Positions 1-10,844 of a stretch of DNA of 49,615 bases are shown piece by piece. The notes beneath the pieces are model-generated. The model was not told the DNA's origin, ran no database searches, and saw only the letters and a list, made by a program, of their open reading frames with translations. The DNA lies in assembly GCA_037143735.1 (NCBI GenBank), contig JBAWYD010000001.1, positions 1 through 49,615 of the forward strand, written 5' to 3'. The translations under genes were made by a program, and so were the position numbers. This DNA is from Deltaproteobacteria bacterium (GTDB lineage Bacteria > Desulfobacterota > Syntrophia > Syntrophales > UBA2185). Numbering within the stretch: position 1 is the stretch's first letter; every line of letters starts with the position of its first letter.

Positions 1-94
1 GCGGCCCGCCGAAGCTGACCGAAACCTCATTGATCCAGATGAGTCCCATATCATCTCGCCTGTGAAAACGATTAATTAGCTTTTCCTTCTTCAT
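1..94 (-). CDS. 5' end of a CDS running off the left edge (MKKEKLINRFHRRDDMGLIWINEVSVSFGGP...); possibly an ABC-type ATPase N-terminus
   Basis: ATG at 94..92 is preceded by a GGAGGT Shine-Dalgarno at about 97..102 on the minus strand. The frame stays open to the window edge. The 'NEVSVSFGG' string resembles the first beta-strands of ABC ATPases. Too short to be in the ORF track. Confidence 0.3.
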   Translation of the reverse strand, partial: MKKEKLINRFHRRDDMGLIWINEVSVSFGGP

Positions 95-190
95 ATACCT
101 CCACTGCGAAAAAAAATATCAAAAAATTGCCTTTCTTGTGTTACTTGTATTGCATGCTTAAAGCAAATTCATATCAGTAGGAGGTAAATC

Positions 191-1498
191 ATGAATCGTC
201 GAGAGTTTATCAACCTTGCGGGCGCTCTGGCAGTTGGAGTGACAGGAGCCGATACGCTGAAAGACCTGATGGCCAAGGGGCCATCGGGGATAATGGTCGG
301 CGACGCCTTTGCAGGCCCCCTTCCTATGAATCGCTTAAACGCCTTTGCCGAGGAAGTGATCAAGCGAAAGCACTATGCCGTGGGCTATCCCATCAATCAG
401 GACCTCAACATGAAAGACTTTTATGAATGGTTCGTTGACTCCGGGCTGTGCAATGTTTCGATGAACAATGTGGGCAACCCTCGAAAAGAAAGCGCCCTGA
501 TGAACAGTCACGCCTTCGAGAATGAAGTCATAGAATATTTCGCGCCATTATTCGGCTTCAAGCCTGGCGAGGCATGGGGCATGGTGACCCACAGCGGAAC
601 TGACGGCAATATGCACGGCATGTATTTCGGGGTCAAATACCTTCAGGCCAAGACAAAGCAGTTGCCAATTGTTTATGTTTCCGAAGAGGCTCATTACTCC
701 ATCAAGAAATTGGCTGATTTGCAAAACCTCGAACTGAGGATCATCCCAGCCGTTCCTATGGGGCAAATGGACGTATCTGCTTTTGAAAAGGCGATCGACC
801 CAACAAAGCCTGCGCTGGTGGTCGTTGCCATTGGGACTACGTTCAAAGGGGCTATTGACGATCATCCCGCGATTGACGCCGCTCTTCGCAGGGCGAATCC
901 GCCCGCTGTGTACACCATGCTGGATGCGGCGCTCTTTGGCGGCTATATACCATTTTCTCCATTCAAGGATGTCATCAACAAGCAGAAGCTTGCTTTTGAC
1001 GCAATAGCCGTTAGCGGACATAAATTCTTTGGGTTTGATGAGCCGCTGGGCCTTTTCATCACAACGAACGCGGTGTTCAACAGCCAAAACCCGTTTCGGG
1101 TATCCTATCTGAACGATGCCGTTCCTACCATTACCTGTTCCCGTTCGGCGTTGGGGGCTTTGAAGTTCTGGTGGCAAATGACCCGAAACGGCGATAGAGA
1201 ATATGCGAAACAAGCCGCATACATTCTTGAAACTGCGCAGTATCAAAAAGACAAGCTTGACGGAATGAACTATCCTGCGTGGCTGAACCCCATGTCGAAC
1301 ACTGTCTTTTTCAAACGGCCGGGCGATTGGATCATGAAAAAGTGGGACCTTGCGCCGGACCATGACAAAAGGCTATGTGGCGATCTGGCTCATGAAATCC
1401 TGATGCAACACGAAAGCAGAAAGACCGTTGACGAGTTCATCGCCGATCTCAAGAAAGACGTTTCTATGAGGGGCAGGGGACAACAGTTACATGGCTGA
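191..1498 (+). CDS. Group II PLP-dependent decarboxylase, histidine-decarboxylase-like, with a twin-arginine (Tat)-like N-terminal signal
   Basis: GGAGG RBS upstream. 'SGTDGNMHGMYFG', 'GYP', 'NSHAFENEVIEYFAPLF' and the PLP-lysine motif 'VSGHKFFG' align by eye with bacterial pyridoxal-dependent histidine decarboxylases. The N-terminus 'MNRREFINLAGALAVGVTGA' fits the Tat consensus (S/T)RRxFLK followed by a hydrophobic stretch. Confidence 0.8.
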   Translation: MNRREFINLAGALAVGVTGADTLKDLMAKGPSGIMVGDAFAGPLPMNRLNAFAEEVIKRKHYAVGYPINQDLNMKDFYEWFVDSGLCNVSMNNVGNPRKESALMNSHAFENEVIEYFAPLFGFKPGEAWGMVTHSGTDGNMHGMYFGVKYLQAKTKQLPIVYVSEEAHYSIKKLADLQNLELRIIPAVPMGQMDVSAFEKAIDPTKPALVVVAIGTTFKGAIDDHPAIDAALRRANPPAVYTMLDAALFGGYIPFSPFKDVINKQKLAFDAIAVSGHKFFGFDEPLGLFITTNAVFNSQNPFRVSYLNDAVPTITCSRSALGALKFWWQMTRNGDREYAKQAAYILETAQYQKDKLDGMNYPAWLNPMSNTVFFKRPGDWIMKKWDLAPDHDKRLCGDLAHEILMQHESRKTVDEFIADLKKDVSMRGRGQQLHG

Positions 1499-1608
1499 TG
1501 CTGAAGTTATTGTTTCAATAGTGACAAAGCAGGGGCTTTCAGGCGTTTTATGACTTCATCAGGATTGGTGTTTTACAAAGGGATGATCGAGATATCTTTT
1601 TGATATTT

Positions 1609-1685
1609 TGGTGAGCCGTGCGGGAATCGAACCCGCGACAAACGGATTAAAAGTCCGCTGCTCTACCGGACTGAGCTAACGGCCC
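1609..1685 (-). tRNA. tRNA-Lys (anticodon UUU), CCA encoded
   Basis: The reverse complement folds as a cloverleaf: acceptor GGGCCGT/ACGGCTC (one G-U pair), D arm GCTC/GAGC, anticodon arm GCGGA-CUUUUAA-UCCGU, T arm GCGGG-TTCGATT-CCCGC, and a terminal CCA. Confidence 0.9.
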
Positions 1686-1754
1686 ACGTGATAATGTTTT
1701 TTTAAGCCCGCCCTTCTACTAATAAGTGATGCGGGTTGTCAAGAAGAAAAGCAG

Positions 1755-3053
<1,299 letters not shown>

Positions 3054-3071
3054 TTATGTATTTCCTCCTGA

Positions 3072-4658
3072 TTACATCTCCAGTTGGGTAACTGAGATGA
3101 TATTGGGCAGACTCTGAAGCTTGTTGAGAACATCTTCGGATACCATGGTGTCCGTCGTCAGGACAACGAGGGCCTGTTTGTCAACCGCTTCCCGGCTCAG
3201 ATGAAGTCTTGCGATATTGACCTTGTTGGCCCCGAGGGTGTTTCCGATGTTGCCGATGACGCCCGGTTTGTCGTAGTTTGACACAACGAGCATGTGGCCT
3301 TCCGGAATGATCTCGACGGTAAATTTGTTGATCCTGACGATTCTCGGTTCCTGTCTTCCGAAAATGGTGCCCGCCGTACAGCTCTTTCCCTCGGATGTCT
3401 TGACGGTGAGGGATATCATGCTTGTGTAATCCCCGACTTCGCTGCTTCTTGACTCGACAACCCTGATCCCCCGATCTCTGGCAATGACGGGTGCATTGAT
3501 GTAGTTGACGTTTTCATTGAGAATGGGTGTCAGCAATCCCTTAAGGAGCGAGATGGTGATGGGCGCCACATTGTAATTCAGGATTTCACCGCTGTATTCC
3601 ACGATGACCTCCTTGATGCCTCCCTTGATGATCTGGGCATCGAATCTCCCCAGTTTTTCCGCAAGATTAACGTAGGGCTGGATAACGCTCAGAAGCTCCG
3701 CGCTGACCGACGGGAAATTAACGGCGTTTCTGATTTCCCCTTTTGTCAGGAAACCGGCAATCTGTTCGGCGATGGCGATGGCCACGTTGATCTGGGCCTC
3801 ATCGGTTGAGGCCCCCAGGTGGGGCGTGCAGATGACGTTTTCGAGAGCCACGAGATCCGTGTTTTTTGTCGGCTCTTCTTCAAAGACGTCGAGGGCCGCG
3901 CCTGCAACTTTTCCGGAGACAAGGGCGTCATAAAGATCCTTCTCGACGACAATACCCCCCCGTGCGCAGTTGATGATGAAAACGCCCTTTTTCATTTTCG
4001 CAAAGGCTGCGGCGTTGATCAGTCCTTTCGTGTCTTTTGTGCTGGGTGTGTGAACGGTGATGAAATCGGACTTTTTCAAAAGGTCGTCGATGGCGACAAG
4101 GGTAATTCCCATTTTCTCGGCGGCGGTGGGGGAAATGAAAGGATCATAGGCAATCACATTCATCTTCAGTCCCAGCGCCCGATCGGCGACAATGGTCCCG
4201 ACACGACCGATGCCGATGATGCCGAGGGTCTTGTTAAAATACTCGTTGCCCATGAACTTGTTTTTTTCCCACTTTCCCGCTTTCATGGACGCCGTCGCCT
4301 GGGGGATCTTTCTGGCAAGGGAGAGCATCATGGCAATGGCGTGTTCCCCCGTGGTGATGGTGTTCCCCCCCGGGGTGTTCATGACGACGATTCCCCGCTT
4401 GCTTGCTGCCACTATGTCCACATTGTCGAGGCCGATGCCGGCCCTTCCGATGACGGTAAGCTTTTCAGCGCAGTCGATAATTTCCCTGGTGACCTTGGTT
4501 GCACTCCTTATGGCCAGCCCGTCATAGTCTTTAATGACGCCCTTGAGTTCATCCGGTGTGAGGTTCGTCATGACATCCACCTCGATTCCCGGTGTATTCT
4601 TAAATATTTCTATACCTTCTACAGACAGGGTATCGCTCACAAGAACTTTTTTTATCAT
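3072..4658 (-). CDS. serA: D-3-phosphoglycerate dehydrogenase (long form with C-terminal ACT domain)
   Basis: 528 aa. NAD-binding 'GIIGIGRVG', the 'GRAGIGLDNVD' motif and catalytic 'TPHLGAST' are present. The C-terminal ~80 aa look ACT-like. Confidence 0.95.
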   Translation of the reverse strand: MIKKVLVSDTLSVEGIEIFKNTPGIEVDVMTNLTPDELKGVIKDYDGLAIRSATKVTREIIDCAEKLTVIGRAGIGLDNVDIVAASKRGIVVMNTPGGNTITTGEHAIAMMLSLARKIPQATASMKAGKWEKNKFMGNEYFNKTLGIIGIGRVGTIVADRALGLKMNVIAYDPFISPTAAEKMGITLVAIDDLLKKSDFITVHTPSTKDTKGLINAAAFAKMKKGVFIINCARGGIVVEKDLYDALVSGKVAGAALDVFEEEPTKNTDLVALENVICTPHLGASTDEAQINVAIAIAEQIAGFLTKGEIRNAVNFPSVSAELLSVIQPYVNLAEKLGRFDAQIIKGGIKEVIVEYSGEILNYNVAPITISLLKGLLTPILNENVNYINAPVIARDRGIRVVESRSSEVGDYTSMISLTVKTSEGKSCTAGTIFGRQEPRIVRINKFTVEIIPEGHMLVVSNYDKPGVIGNIGNTLGANKVNIARLHLSREAVDKQALVVLTTDTMVSEDVLNKLQSLPNIISVTQLEM

Positions 4659-4705
4659 AGGGGATCTCCTTCAACACTGCTCATGAAAGATTTTAATTTC
4701 GTCAC

Positions 4706-5833
4706 TCATATTTCTTTGATTTTTTGATAATAAACAGTTTCAAGTTCCAGGAGGGCAGACGTGATGTCTTCCCGTTCGATAGTCGGGCCGCACCAGAAGC
4801 GGAATCCCGGCGGGGCGTCCTTGTACGCATTGATATCATGAGCCATGTTCTTTTTGCTCAGTTCAGCGGAAATCCCTTTAAGAAATTTTGTGCGTTCCTC
4901 TTCAGGCAGAGACTTCACTTTTTCGCTTACGACGTTCAGGCAGACGGACGTATTGGACCGGATGTCACGGCTGTCGGCAAGAAAATCAATCCAGTCGTTT
5001 TTTTCCACCCACGCCTCGATGATCCGGAGATTGGACTGACTCCTTTCGATAAGACCTTTCAGTCCCATTTCTCCCGCCCAGTTGAGTGCATCGAGGTAAT
5101 CTTCCACGCAGAGCATGGACGGGGTATTGATGGTATCCCCCTCAAATATACTCAGGTTGATTTTCCCTCCCTTTTTCATCCGGAATATTTTGGGAAGGGG
5201 CCAGGGGGGGTCATAGGATTCGATACGGGCAACGGCCCTGGGGCTCAGAACCAGCATGCCGTGCGCCGCTTCCCCGCCGAGGCATTTCTGCCAGGAAAAG
5301 GTCAGGACATCCACTTTCGACCAGTCGATGGGCATGGCAAAAGCGGCGCTGGTGGCGTCGCATATGGAGAGACCTTCACGATCCTGCGGAATCCAGTCCC
5401 AGTTCGGAATTTTAACCCCGCTCGTTGTGCCGTTGGCAACAAAGACAACATCGCAAGACCAGTCGATGGCTTTAAGATCCGGAATTTTGCCGTATTCGGC
5501 TTTTAAAACGGTTGGATTCAGTTTAAGCTGTTTGGTGATGTCCGTGGCCCATCCTTCGGAAAAGCTTTCCCATACCAGAACCGTAACCGGCCGGGGTCCC
5601 AGAAGACTCCACATGGCAGCTTCAAATGTACCCGTATCCGAGCCCGGCAGTATCCCGGCCAGATAATCTGCGGGAATCTCCAGAATCTTCTTTGTCTCTC
5701 TGATGGCCTTTGCCAGTCTTTCCTTGCCGAGGGCTGATCGGTGAGACCGGCCCACCGGGGTTTCTTTTAAGACTTCAAGGCTCCAGCCTGGCCTCTTGCT
5801 GCATGGACCGGAACTGAAATTTGGATTATGCAT
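4706..5833 (-). CDS. serC: Class V aminotransferase, phosphoserine aminotransferase-like (serC-type, short 'Methanosarcina-type' family)
   Basis: Sits adjacent to serA. 'NFSSGPC', '[16 protein letters not shown]' and PLP-lysine '[10 protein letters not shown]' are present. I prefer the ATG at 5833 (MHNPNF...) over the ORF-track start at 5902. Confidence 0.8.
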   Translation of the reverse strand: MHNPNFSSGPCSKRPGWSLEVLKETPVGRSHRSALGKERLAKAIRETKKILEIPADYLAGILPGSDTGTFEAAMWSLLGPRPVTVLVWESFSEGWATDITKQLKLNPTVLKAEYGKIPDLKAIDWSCDVVFVANGTTSGVKIPNWDWIPQDREGLSICDATSAAFAMPIDWSKVDVLTFSWQKCLGGEAAHGMLVLSPRAVARIESYDPPWPLPKIFRMKKGGKINLSIFEGDTINTPSMLCVEDYLDALNWAGEMGLKGLIERSQSNLRIIEAWVEKNDWIDFLADSRDIRSNTSVCLNVVSEKVKSLPEEERTKFLKGISAELSKKNMAHDINAYKDAPPGFRFWCGPTIEREDITSALLELETVYYQKIKEI

Positions 5834-6330
5834 GGCGATAATGTCCCTCACTTTTTGTAAAAATAGACATAGATGTATATCAGCATTGAAATGATTACTC
5901 AAGAATTTTTGGTTTCATACTGACTGAGACAAGAAAAAGACATATGTCCGGACAATACTTTGACATAGCGTAGTTAGTTCCATTTTGTAGGGGGGGATCG
6001 AGGAGGCTTTTTAAGAGGAATGTTTAGATAGTAATTTGACAAGGATTTTAAATACGGTTCATCCGGTTGATGCGTACTTCCTCAACAAATCGTCACTCCA
6101 GATGGAGATGCAGGATTTCAATTCGTTATCAACAATGTTATTTCAAAAAAATTGTGATATGGATGGCGGGAAGATGGTAGTTTGCGAGTGCAAAGACAGC
6201 AGATAAATGGTCATTGCATAGAGCCCTGAAGGTTCCCGTGGGGCGGGGAAGTCATCAGGAAACTTTAGAATAATTTGTTGGCCGAGAAGAAACGATAGCA
6301 GAGACAGTCTGACCGTGATAGGGTAAGCAC

Positions 6331-7221
6331 ATGAACCTTTTTGAGAAGAACGGGCACGCAATCATATGGGGAGACGCCATCGAGGCACTGAGCAACGAGA
6401 TTCCAGACGGTTCCGTTGATTTAGTTTTTGCCGACCCACCCTACAATATCGGCAAGAACTTCAACGGTCGCAAGGATCGCTGGCCCTCCGACGAGGCATA
6501 TCTGTCATGGTGTTACCAATGGCTTGAACTCTGTATCTCGAAACTCAAGCCCAATGGTAGTCTCTACGTGATGACCGCAACCCAGAATATGCCATACTTC
6601 GACATCTTTCTCCGTCAACGCCTCAACATTCTGTCTCGCATCGTATGGGCGTATGACAGTTCCGGGGTACAGGCCCGCAATTACTTCGGTTCGCTTTACG
6701 AACCCATCCTGTATTGCGTTAAGGACAAAGATAGCTACACCTTCAACGCAGATGACATCCTTGTCGAAGCACGCACCGGTGCAACTCGTAAGTTGATCGA
6801 CTACCGAAAACCTGTCCCGACCATGTACAACAGCAAGAAAGTTCCGGGAAACGTCTGGAACATTCCGCGAGTCAGGTATCGAATGGACGAATACGAAAAC
6901 CATCCCACGCAGAAACCGACAGCTCTGCTGGACAGAATAGTAAGGGCGAGTTCAAATCTTGGCGATCTTGTACTTGATCCGTTTTCCGGTACATTCACAA
7001 CTTCGTCAGTCGCGCAGATTTTGGGGCGCGATTCCATCGGCATCGAGGCCGAGGAGGAGTACGTGAAAATCGGACTTCGCCGTTTGGCCATTCAGGAACA
7101 ATACAATGGAGAAGTCCTGCGGCGTGAACCGAAGACATACGAACAACAAGAATCGCCTGCTCAACAACATTTGGCGATCTTTGAAAGGCGGACACAATGG
7201 AGCACGACTTCACACCGGTGA
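6331..7221 (+). CDS. Beta-class (circularly permuted) N6-adenine or N4-cytosine DNA methyltransferase
   Basis: Motif IV 'FADPPYNIG' lies near the N-terminus and SAM motif I 'LDPFSGTFTT' near the C-terminus. 'HPTQKP' is present. This order and size are typical of Type II beta MTases. Confidence 0.9.
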   Translation: MNLFEKNGHAIIWGDAIEALSNEIPDGSVDLVFADPPYNIGKNFNGRKDRWPSDEAYLSWCYQWLELCISKLKPNGSLYVMTATQNMPYFDIFLRQRLNILSRIVWAYDSSGVQARNYFGSLYEPILYCVKDKDSYTFNADDILVEARTGATRKLIDYRKPVPTMYNSKKVPGNVWNIPRVRYRMDEYENHPTQKPTALLDRIVRASSNLGDLVLDPFSGTFTTSSVAQILGRDSIGIEAEEEYVKIGLRRLAIQEQYNGEVLRREPKTYEQQESPAQQHLAIFERRTQWSTTSHR

Positions 7222-8327
7222 TTAGCGAGGTGCTTACTCGGCACTTCGGAGACGCCTCACAAGACCTTTTTGAGAAGAGTCCGCTTCTTCAGTACATTAA
7301 CCTCAAGACAGTTTCCGCCACGCGTGGTTCAAAGGCAAGAAGCAGTTTCGCAAATCTCTACGCGATCTATGTGCTGGTGGAAGACTACGTGGCGCATGGT
7401 TTTCATAAGAAAGGGGATTACTCGAAATACGCTGGTGCGCAATTTTCGAAACTCTTCAAGCGGCAACGCGAGTTACCGTTTGGAAGTAAGTTGCAGAACC
7501 ACGGTCTGAATGACCGGTTGAATGGTGAATTCCGCAAGTTCTTCCCACAAGTGGACGCGCAGCCAATTCTAAGAGTGGTTGAGACTCGTAGGTACTGGAT
7601 AAACCGCAGACTCGTCGTGCTTTCGCTCGGAAAGAAGATGTTCGACATCGCCGAAGCCATCATCGAGATCATAAACGCATACGCCAAGGCGAAACAGGCA
7701 TCATTTGCCGGATTCATTAAGACCTGCGAACAACTGCGTGGCATTTCCAAACAGAAGAACGACAAGGTGGAAGGATTTGTTCTTGGACTGTTGGCTCCAA
7801 ATGTTGATGCCCGCATATTTGAGATCGTCAGTTATGCCATTTTGAAATACTTCTATCACGATCAAACAGTCTATTTCGGTTTTCAGTTGGATGATTTGGA
7901 AAAATCACCTCTGATTCTCTACAAGACCGGACGCACAAATGCCAACGACGGCGGCATTGATTTCGTGATGACGCCACTGGGGCGTTTCTTTCAGGTCACG
8001 GAGACGCTCGATGTACGGAAATATTTCTTGGATATCGATAAAATCGAGCGGTATCCGATAACCTTTGTCATCAAAGCCGTGGAATCCTCAGATGATCTTC
8101 TCAAGAAACTACGTGAAGGCGCAGAGCGCCAGTACTCTGTTAAGGCCATTGTAGAGAAGTACATGGCTTGCATTGAAGAGGTCATCAACATACCAATACT
8201 GCAAGAGCGCTTCAGGGCAGGCATATCCCAAGGCTACCTTGGCAACATCATGACCGAGATCGTCAGACAAAGCAAAGTCGAGTTCAACTACGAGGAACCA
8301 GACGACGATGAGAATGGCGAAGAATGA
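7197..8327 (+). CDS. Putative cognate Type II restriction endonuclease (family not recognised)
   Basis: Overlaps the MTase 3' end by 25 nt on the same strand. 'NDGGIDFVMTPLGRFFQVTETLDVRK' resembles a PD-(D/E)XK / Mrr-like core. The call rests mainly on context. Confidence 0.5.
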   Translation: MEHDFTPVISEVLTRHFGDASQDLFEKSPLLQYINLKTVSATRGSKARSSFANLYAIYVLVEDYVAHGFHKKGDYSKYAGAQFSKLFKRQRELPFGSKLQNHGLNDRLNGEFRKFFPQVDAQPILRVVETRRYWINRRLVVLSLGKKMFDIAEAIIEIINAYAKAKQASFAGFIKTCEQLRGISKQKNDKVEGFVLGLLAPNVDARIFEIVSYAILKYFYHDQTVYFGFQLDDLEKSPLILYKTGRTNANDGGIDFVMTPLGRFFQVTETLDVRKYFLDIDKIERYPITFVIKAVESSDDLLKKLREGAERQYSVKAIVEKYMACIEEVINIPILQERFRAGISQGYLGNIMTEIVRQSKVEFNYEEPDDDENGEE

Positions 8328-8863
8328 AATTGGCCAACAATGTGCTGCCTACGTACGACATGACCGTCCGCTGTCAAGTTGACGGAGAGCACTGGCGTTG
8401 TGGATCAATCATTTCAATCGTAAATTTTCATAACATTTTGCTCACCGGCATTATTGCTTTGTTGTCAGTCGAAGCTCACTTCAACAGGGTATCAACTCAA
8501 AAGTTCGCATCACCCGGATGAACCCGTGCGCTACGCAGAGCCGCGTGGAGACACCAAAGGGCGCGTCTGGATACGTGGTTGCGATAAACGACTTCGGCGG
8601 ATGGCCGATTGCTTAGGGAAAATGGGACAACGGATCACAAAACGTGCCGAGCAATAAACTGACATGAAAACCGAGGGCATGCTCGCTATTTGATTAATAA
8701 TAACAATGAGTAAAAGTAGTTCGCGCGGCGAACTCCTCTCTAATTAAGTCCCTCATGTCGGGTGAGATATGTGCGCGAAATCTGATAAAGTGGAAAAGAA
8801 ACTTGATAGCGGATCCCAGGAGGTGAGGGTTTTGGACCCCGGTGCCCTTAAAAAGGATTCTTC

Positions 8864-8892
8864 TTGACGCCTCGTTGAAAATAACCTATATT
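8864..8892 (+). promoter_or_regulatory. Sigma-70-like promoter for the Phd/RelE pair
   Basis: TTGACG (8864..8869), a 17-nt spacer, then TATATT (8887..8892), about 38 nt upstream of the antitoxin start. Confidence 0.4.
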
Positions 8893-8929
8893 GAGTATCA
8901 AATAATGGTTTTATATTGGAGGCATGTGT

Positions 8930-9175
8930 ATGGATTATCTACTGGCAAAATCGTCTGTCAGCATCACGGACCTGAAAAAAAACCCTTCGGCAATCATCAA
9001 GGAGGCTGAGGGGGCGCCTGTAGCTATACTGAAGAACAACAGACCTTCCGCTTATATTGTTCCGGCGGATACGTTTGAGGCCATGCTGGAAAAACTGGAC
9101 GATCTGGAAATCGCAAGGATTGTCAAGGAGCGGAAAAGGGATAAGACAGTCCGGGTATCTCTTGATGAGTTATAA
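8930..9175 (+). CDS. Phd/YefM/StbD-family type II antitoxin
   Basis: 81 aa. 'SITDLKKNPSAIIKEAEGAPVAILKNNRPSAYIV' is a typical Phd/YefM N-terminal fold. GGAGG lies 7 nt upstream of the ATG at 8930 (the ORF track starts at 8924). The 3' end overlaps the toxin start. Confidence 0.8.
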   Translation: MDYLLAKSSVSITDLKKNPSAIIKEAEGAPVAILKNNRPSAYIVPADTFEAMLEKLDDLEIARIVKERKRDKTVRVSLDEL

Positions 9176-9449
9176 CCTTGAATTCAAGGAATCCGCTCTT
9201 AGGGAATGGGGTAAGCTGGACAGGCCGATAAGGGAACAATTCAAAAAGAAACTGTCTAAACGTCTTGAAAATCCGAAGGTTGAGGCGGACAAGGTCAGTG
9301 GATTGGTAAATACGTACAAGATTAAGCTTCGTGTCGTGGGGCTGCGTCTGATCTATGTCGTTGACGATGAAACAAACACCCCGACTGTTTATGCCGTGGG
9401 GAAACGAGACAAAAAGACGGCCTATCGGAAGGCCAAAGAACGTGTATAG
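9165..9449 (+). CDS. RelE/StbE/ParE-superfamily type II toxin
   Basis: 94 aa starting MSYNLEFKESALREWGKL. 'YKIKLRVVGLRLIYVVDDETNTPTVYAVGKRDK' is typical of RelE/StbE. Overlaps the antitoxin by 11 nt. Confidence 0.85.
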   Translation: MSYNLEFKESALREWGKLDRPIREQFKKKLSKRLENPKVEADKVSGLVNTYKIKLRVVGLRLIYVVDDETNTPTVYAVGKRDKKTAYRKAKERV

Positions 9450-9455
9450 GATATT

Positions 9456-10838
9456 TTGGAATTTAAGGAGACCTTTCGATTGAAAAAAATCAAGACTCAG
9501 TTTTTCTGTCAGAATTGCGGGCATCAGTCTTCGAAATGGCTGGGCAAATGTCCCTCCTGCAATGAATGGAACCAGTTCGTCGAAGAGGAAGTACGTTCCG
9601 CCGATCCCGCCATGTCATCCGAGATTCCCTTCAATGAAGCTCCCCTACCGATAGAGGATATCGTTGCCGATGAGAAAGAAAGGATCTCCACGGGGATGGT
9701 CGAGATGGACAGGGTGCTCGGGGGCGGCATCGTCAACGGTTCCGTGACACTGGTCGGCGGTGATCCCGGTATCGGAAAATCGACCCTTCTGCTTCAGATC
9801 CTCCAGAATCTGGCCCTCCAGAATCTGAAGGTGCTGTATGTTACCGGAGAAGAATCGGCAAAGCAGATCAAGCTCCGGGGAAAAAGAATCGGGGCTTCAT
9901 CGGGGAATCTCCTGGTCCTCGTTGAAATCGCCCTTGAAAATATCACCCGCCATATTAAAGACATATCGCCGAAGGCAGTTGTAGTGGATTCCATTCAGAC
10001 GGTTTACACGTCTGCTCTCGGGTCGGCTCCCGGCAGTGTGGGACAGGTCAGGGAATCATCCGGGAAGCTCATTCTGCTTTCAAAGAAGACGGGCATTCCC
10101 GTTTTTCTGATCGGCCATGTGACCAAGGACGGGTCCATCGCCGGGCCGAAAGTTCTGGAGCACATGGTGGACACCGTCCTCTATATCGAGGGGGATTCGG
10201 GCCACGCTTACCGGATCGTCCGGGGCATAAAAAACCGTTTCGGACCGACCAATGAAGTCGGCGTCTTTGAGATGAGAGACAGCGGACTCTCGGAAGTATC
10301 CAACCCCTCCGCTTTTTTTCTGACGGAAAGACCGGAAGGGGCGGCGGGCTCCGTTGTGGTGCCGAGCATGGAGGGCACCCGGCCGATCCTTATTGAAATT
10401 CAGGCACTCGTCAATCCGACGAATTTTGGCATGCCGAGACGTACCGCCATCGGGGTCGACCCTAATCGGGTGTCCCTCCTGGTTGCCGTTATGGACAAAG
10501 TATGCGGATTACACCTCAGTAACCATGACATCTTTATCAATGTGGCCGGCGGCATCAAGGTCAATGAACCTGCCATCGATCTGGGGATCGTTTCCGCCAT
10601 GGCCTCCAGTTTTCTGGACCGGCCCATCGATCCGGGAATTGCCGTTTTCGGCGAGGTGGGTCTCACCGGCGAGATAAGAGGGATCTCCCAGATGGAAACG
10701 CGGATCAAAGAAGCCGCCCGCATGGGATTCACCCGCTGCATTCTCCCCAGGACCTTCTCAAAGGTCGGGTCCGTGGAAAAGAAGATGGATCTCATAAGGA
10801 TCAATAACGTAAAAGAATTGCTGGAACACTTGTTTTAG
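9456..10838 (+). CDS. radA: DNA repair protein RadA/Sms
   Basis: Zn-finger 'CQNCGHQSSKWLGKCPSCNEW', Walker A 'GGDPGIGKST', the 'KNRFG' motif and a Lon-like C-terminal domain. The true start is probably the TTG at 9480 (AAGGAG lies 9 nt upstream). Confidence 0.95.
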   Translation: MEFKETFRLKKIKTQFFCQNCGHQSSKWLGKCPSCNEWNQFVEEEVRSADPAMSSEIPFNEAPLPIEDIVADEKERISTGMVEMDRVLGGGIVNGSVTLVGGDPGIGKSTLLLQILQNLALQNLKVLYVTGEESAKQIKLRGKRIGASSGNLLVLVEIALENITRHIKDISPKAVVVDSIQTVYTSALGSAPGSVGQVRESSGKLILLSKKTGIPVFLIGHVTKDGSIAGPKVLEHMVDTVLYIEGDSGHAYRIVRGIKNRFGPTNEVGVFEMRDSGLSEVSNPSAFFLTERPEGAAGSVVVPSMEGTRPILIEIQALVNPTNFGMPRRTAIGVDPNRVSLLVAVMDKVCGLHLSNHDIFINVAGGIKVNEPAIDLGIVSAMASSFLDRPIDPGIAVFGEVGLTGEIRGISQMETRIKEAARMGFTRCILPRTFSKVGSVEKKMDLIRINNVKELLEHLF

Positions 10839-10844
10839 AAGCTG

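Noticed and set aside
548-1363. 271-aa ORF antisense to the decarboxylase gene. The same reasoning covers 3819..4727, 4724..5506, 13914..14540, 14650..15324, 15838..16293, 16381..16938, 21772..22626, 40177..40722, 42842..43486 and 48164..49027.
   Set aside because: All of these overlap strongly motif-supported genes, on the other strand or in another frame, and have no recognisable motifs of their own.
6143-6361. 72-aa minus-strand ORF overlapping the methyltransferase start
   Set aside because: It has no RBS, overlaps the MTase start and has hydrophobic low-complexity content. It is probably spurious.
8324-8657. Two small ORFs (65 and 67 aa) downstream of the putative endonuclease
   Set aside because: They have no RBS and no recognisable motifs, and they overlap each other in different frames. 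I treat this as non-coding flank of the R-M insertion.
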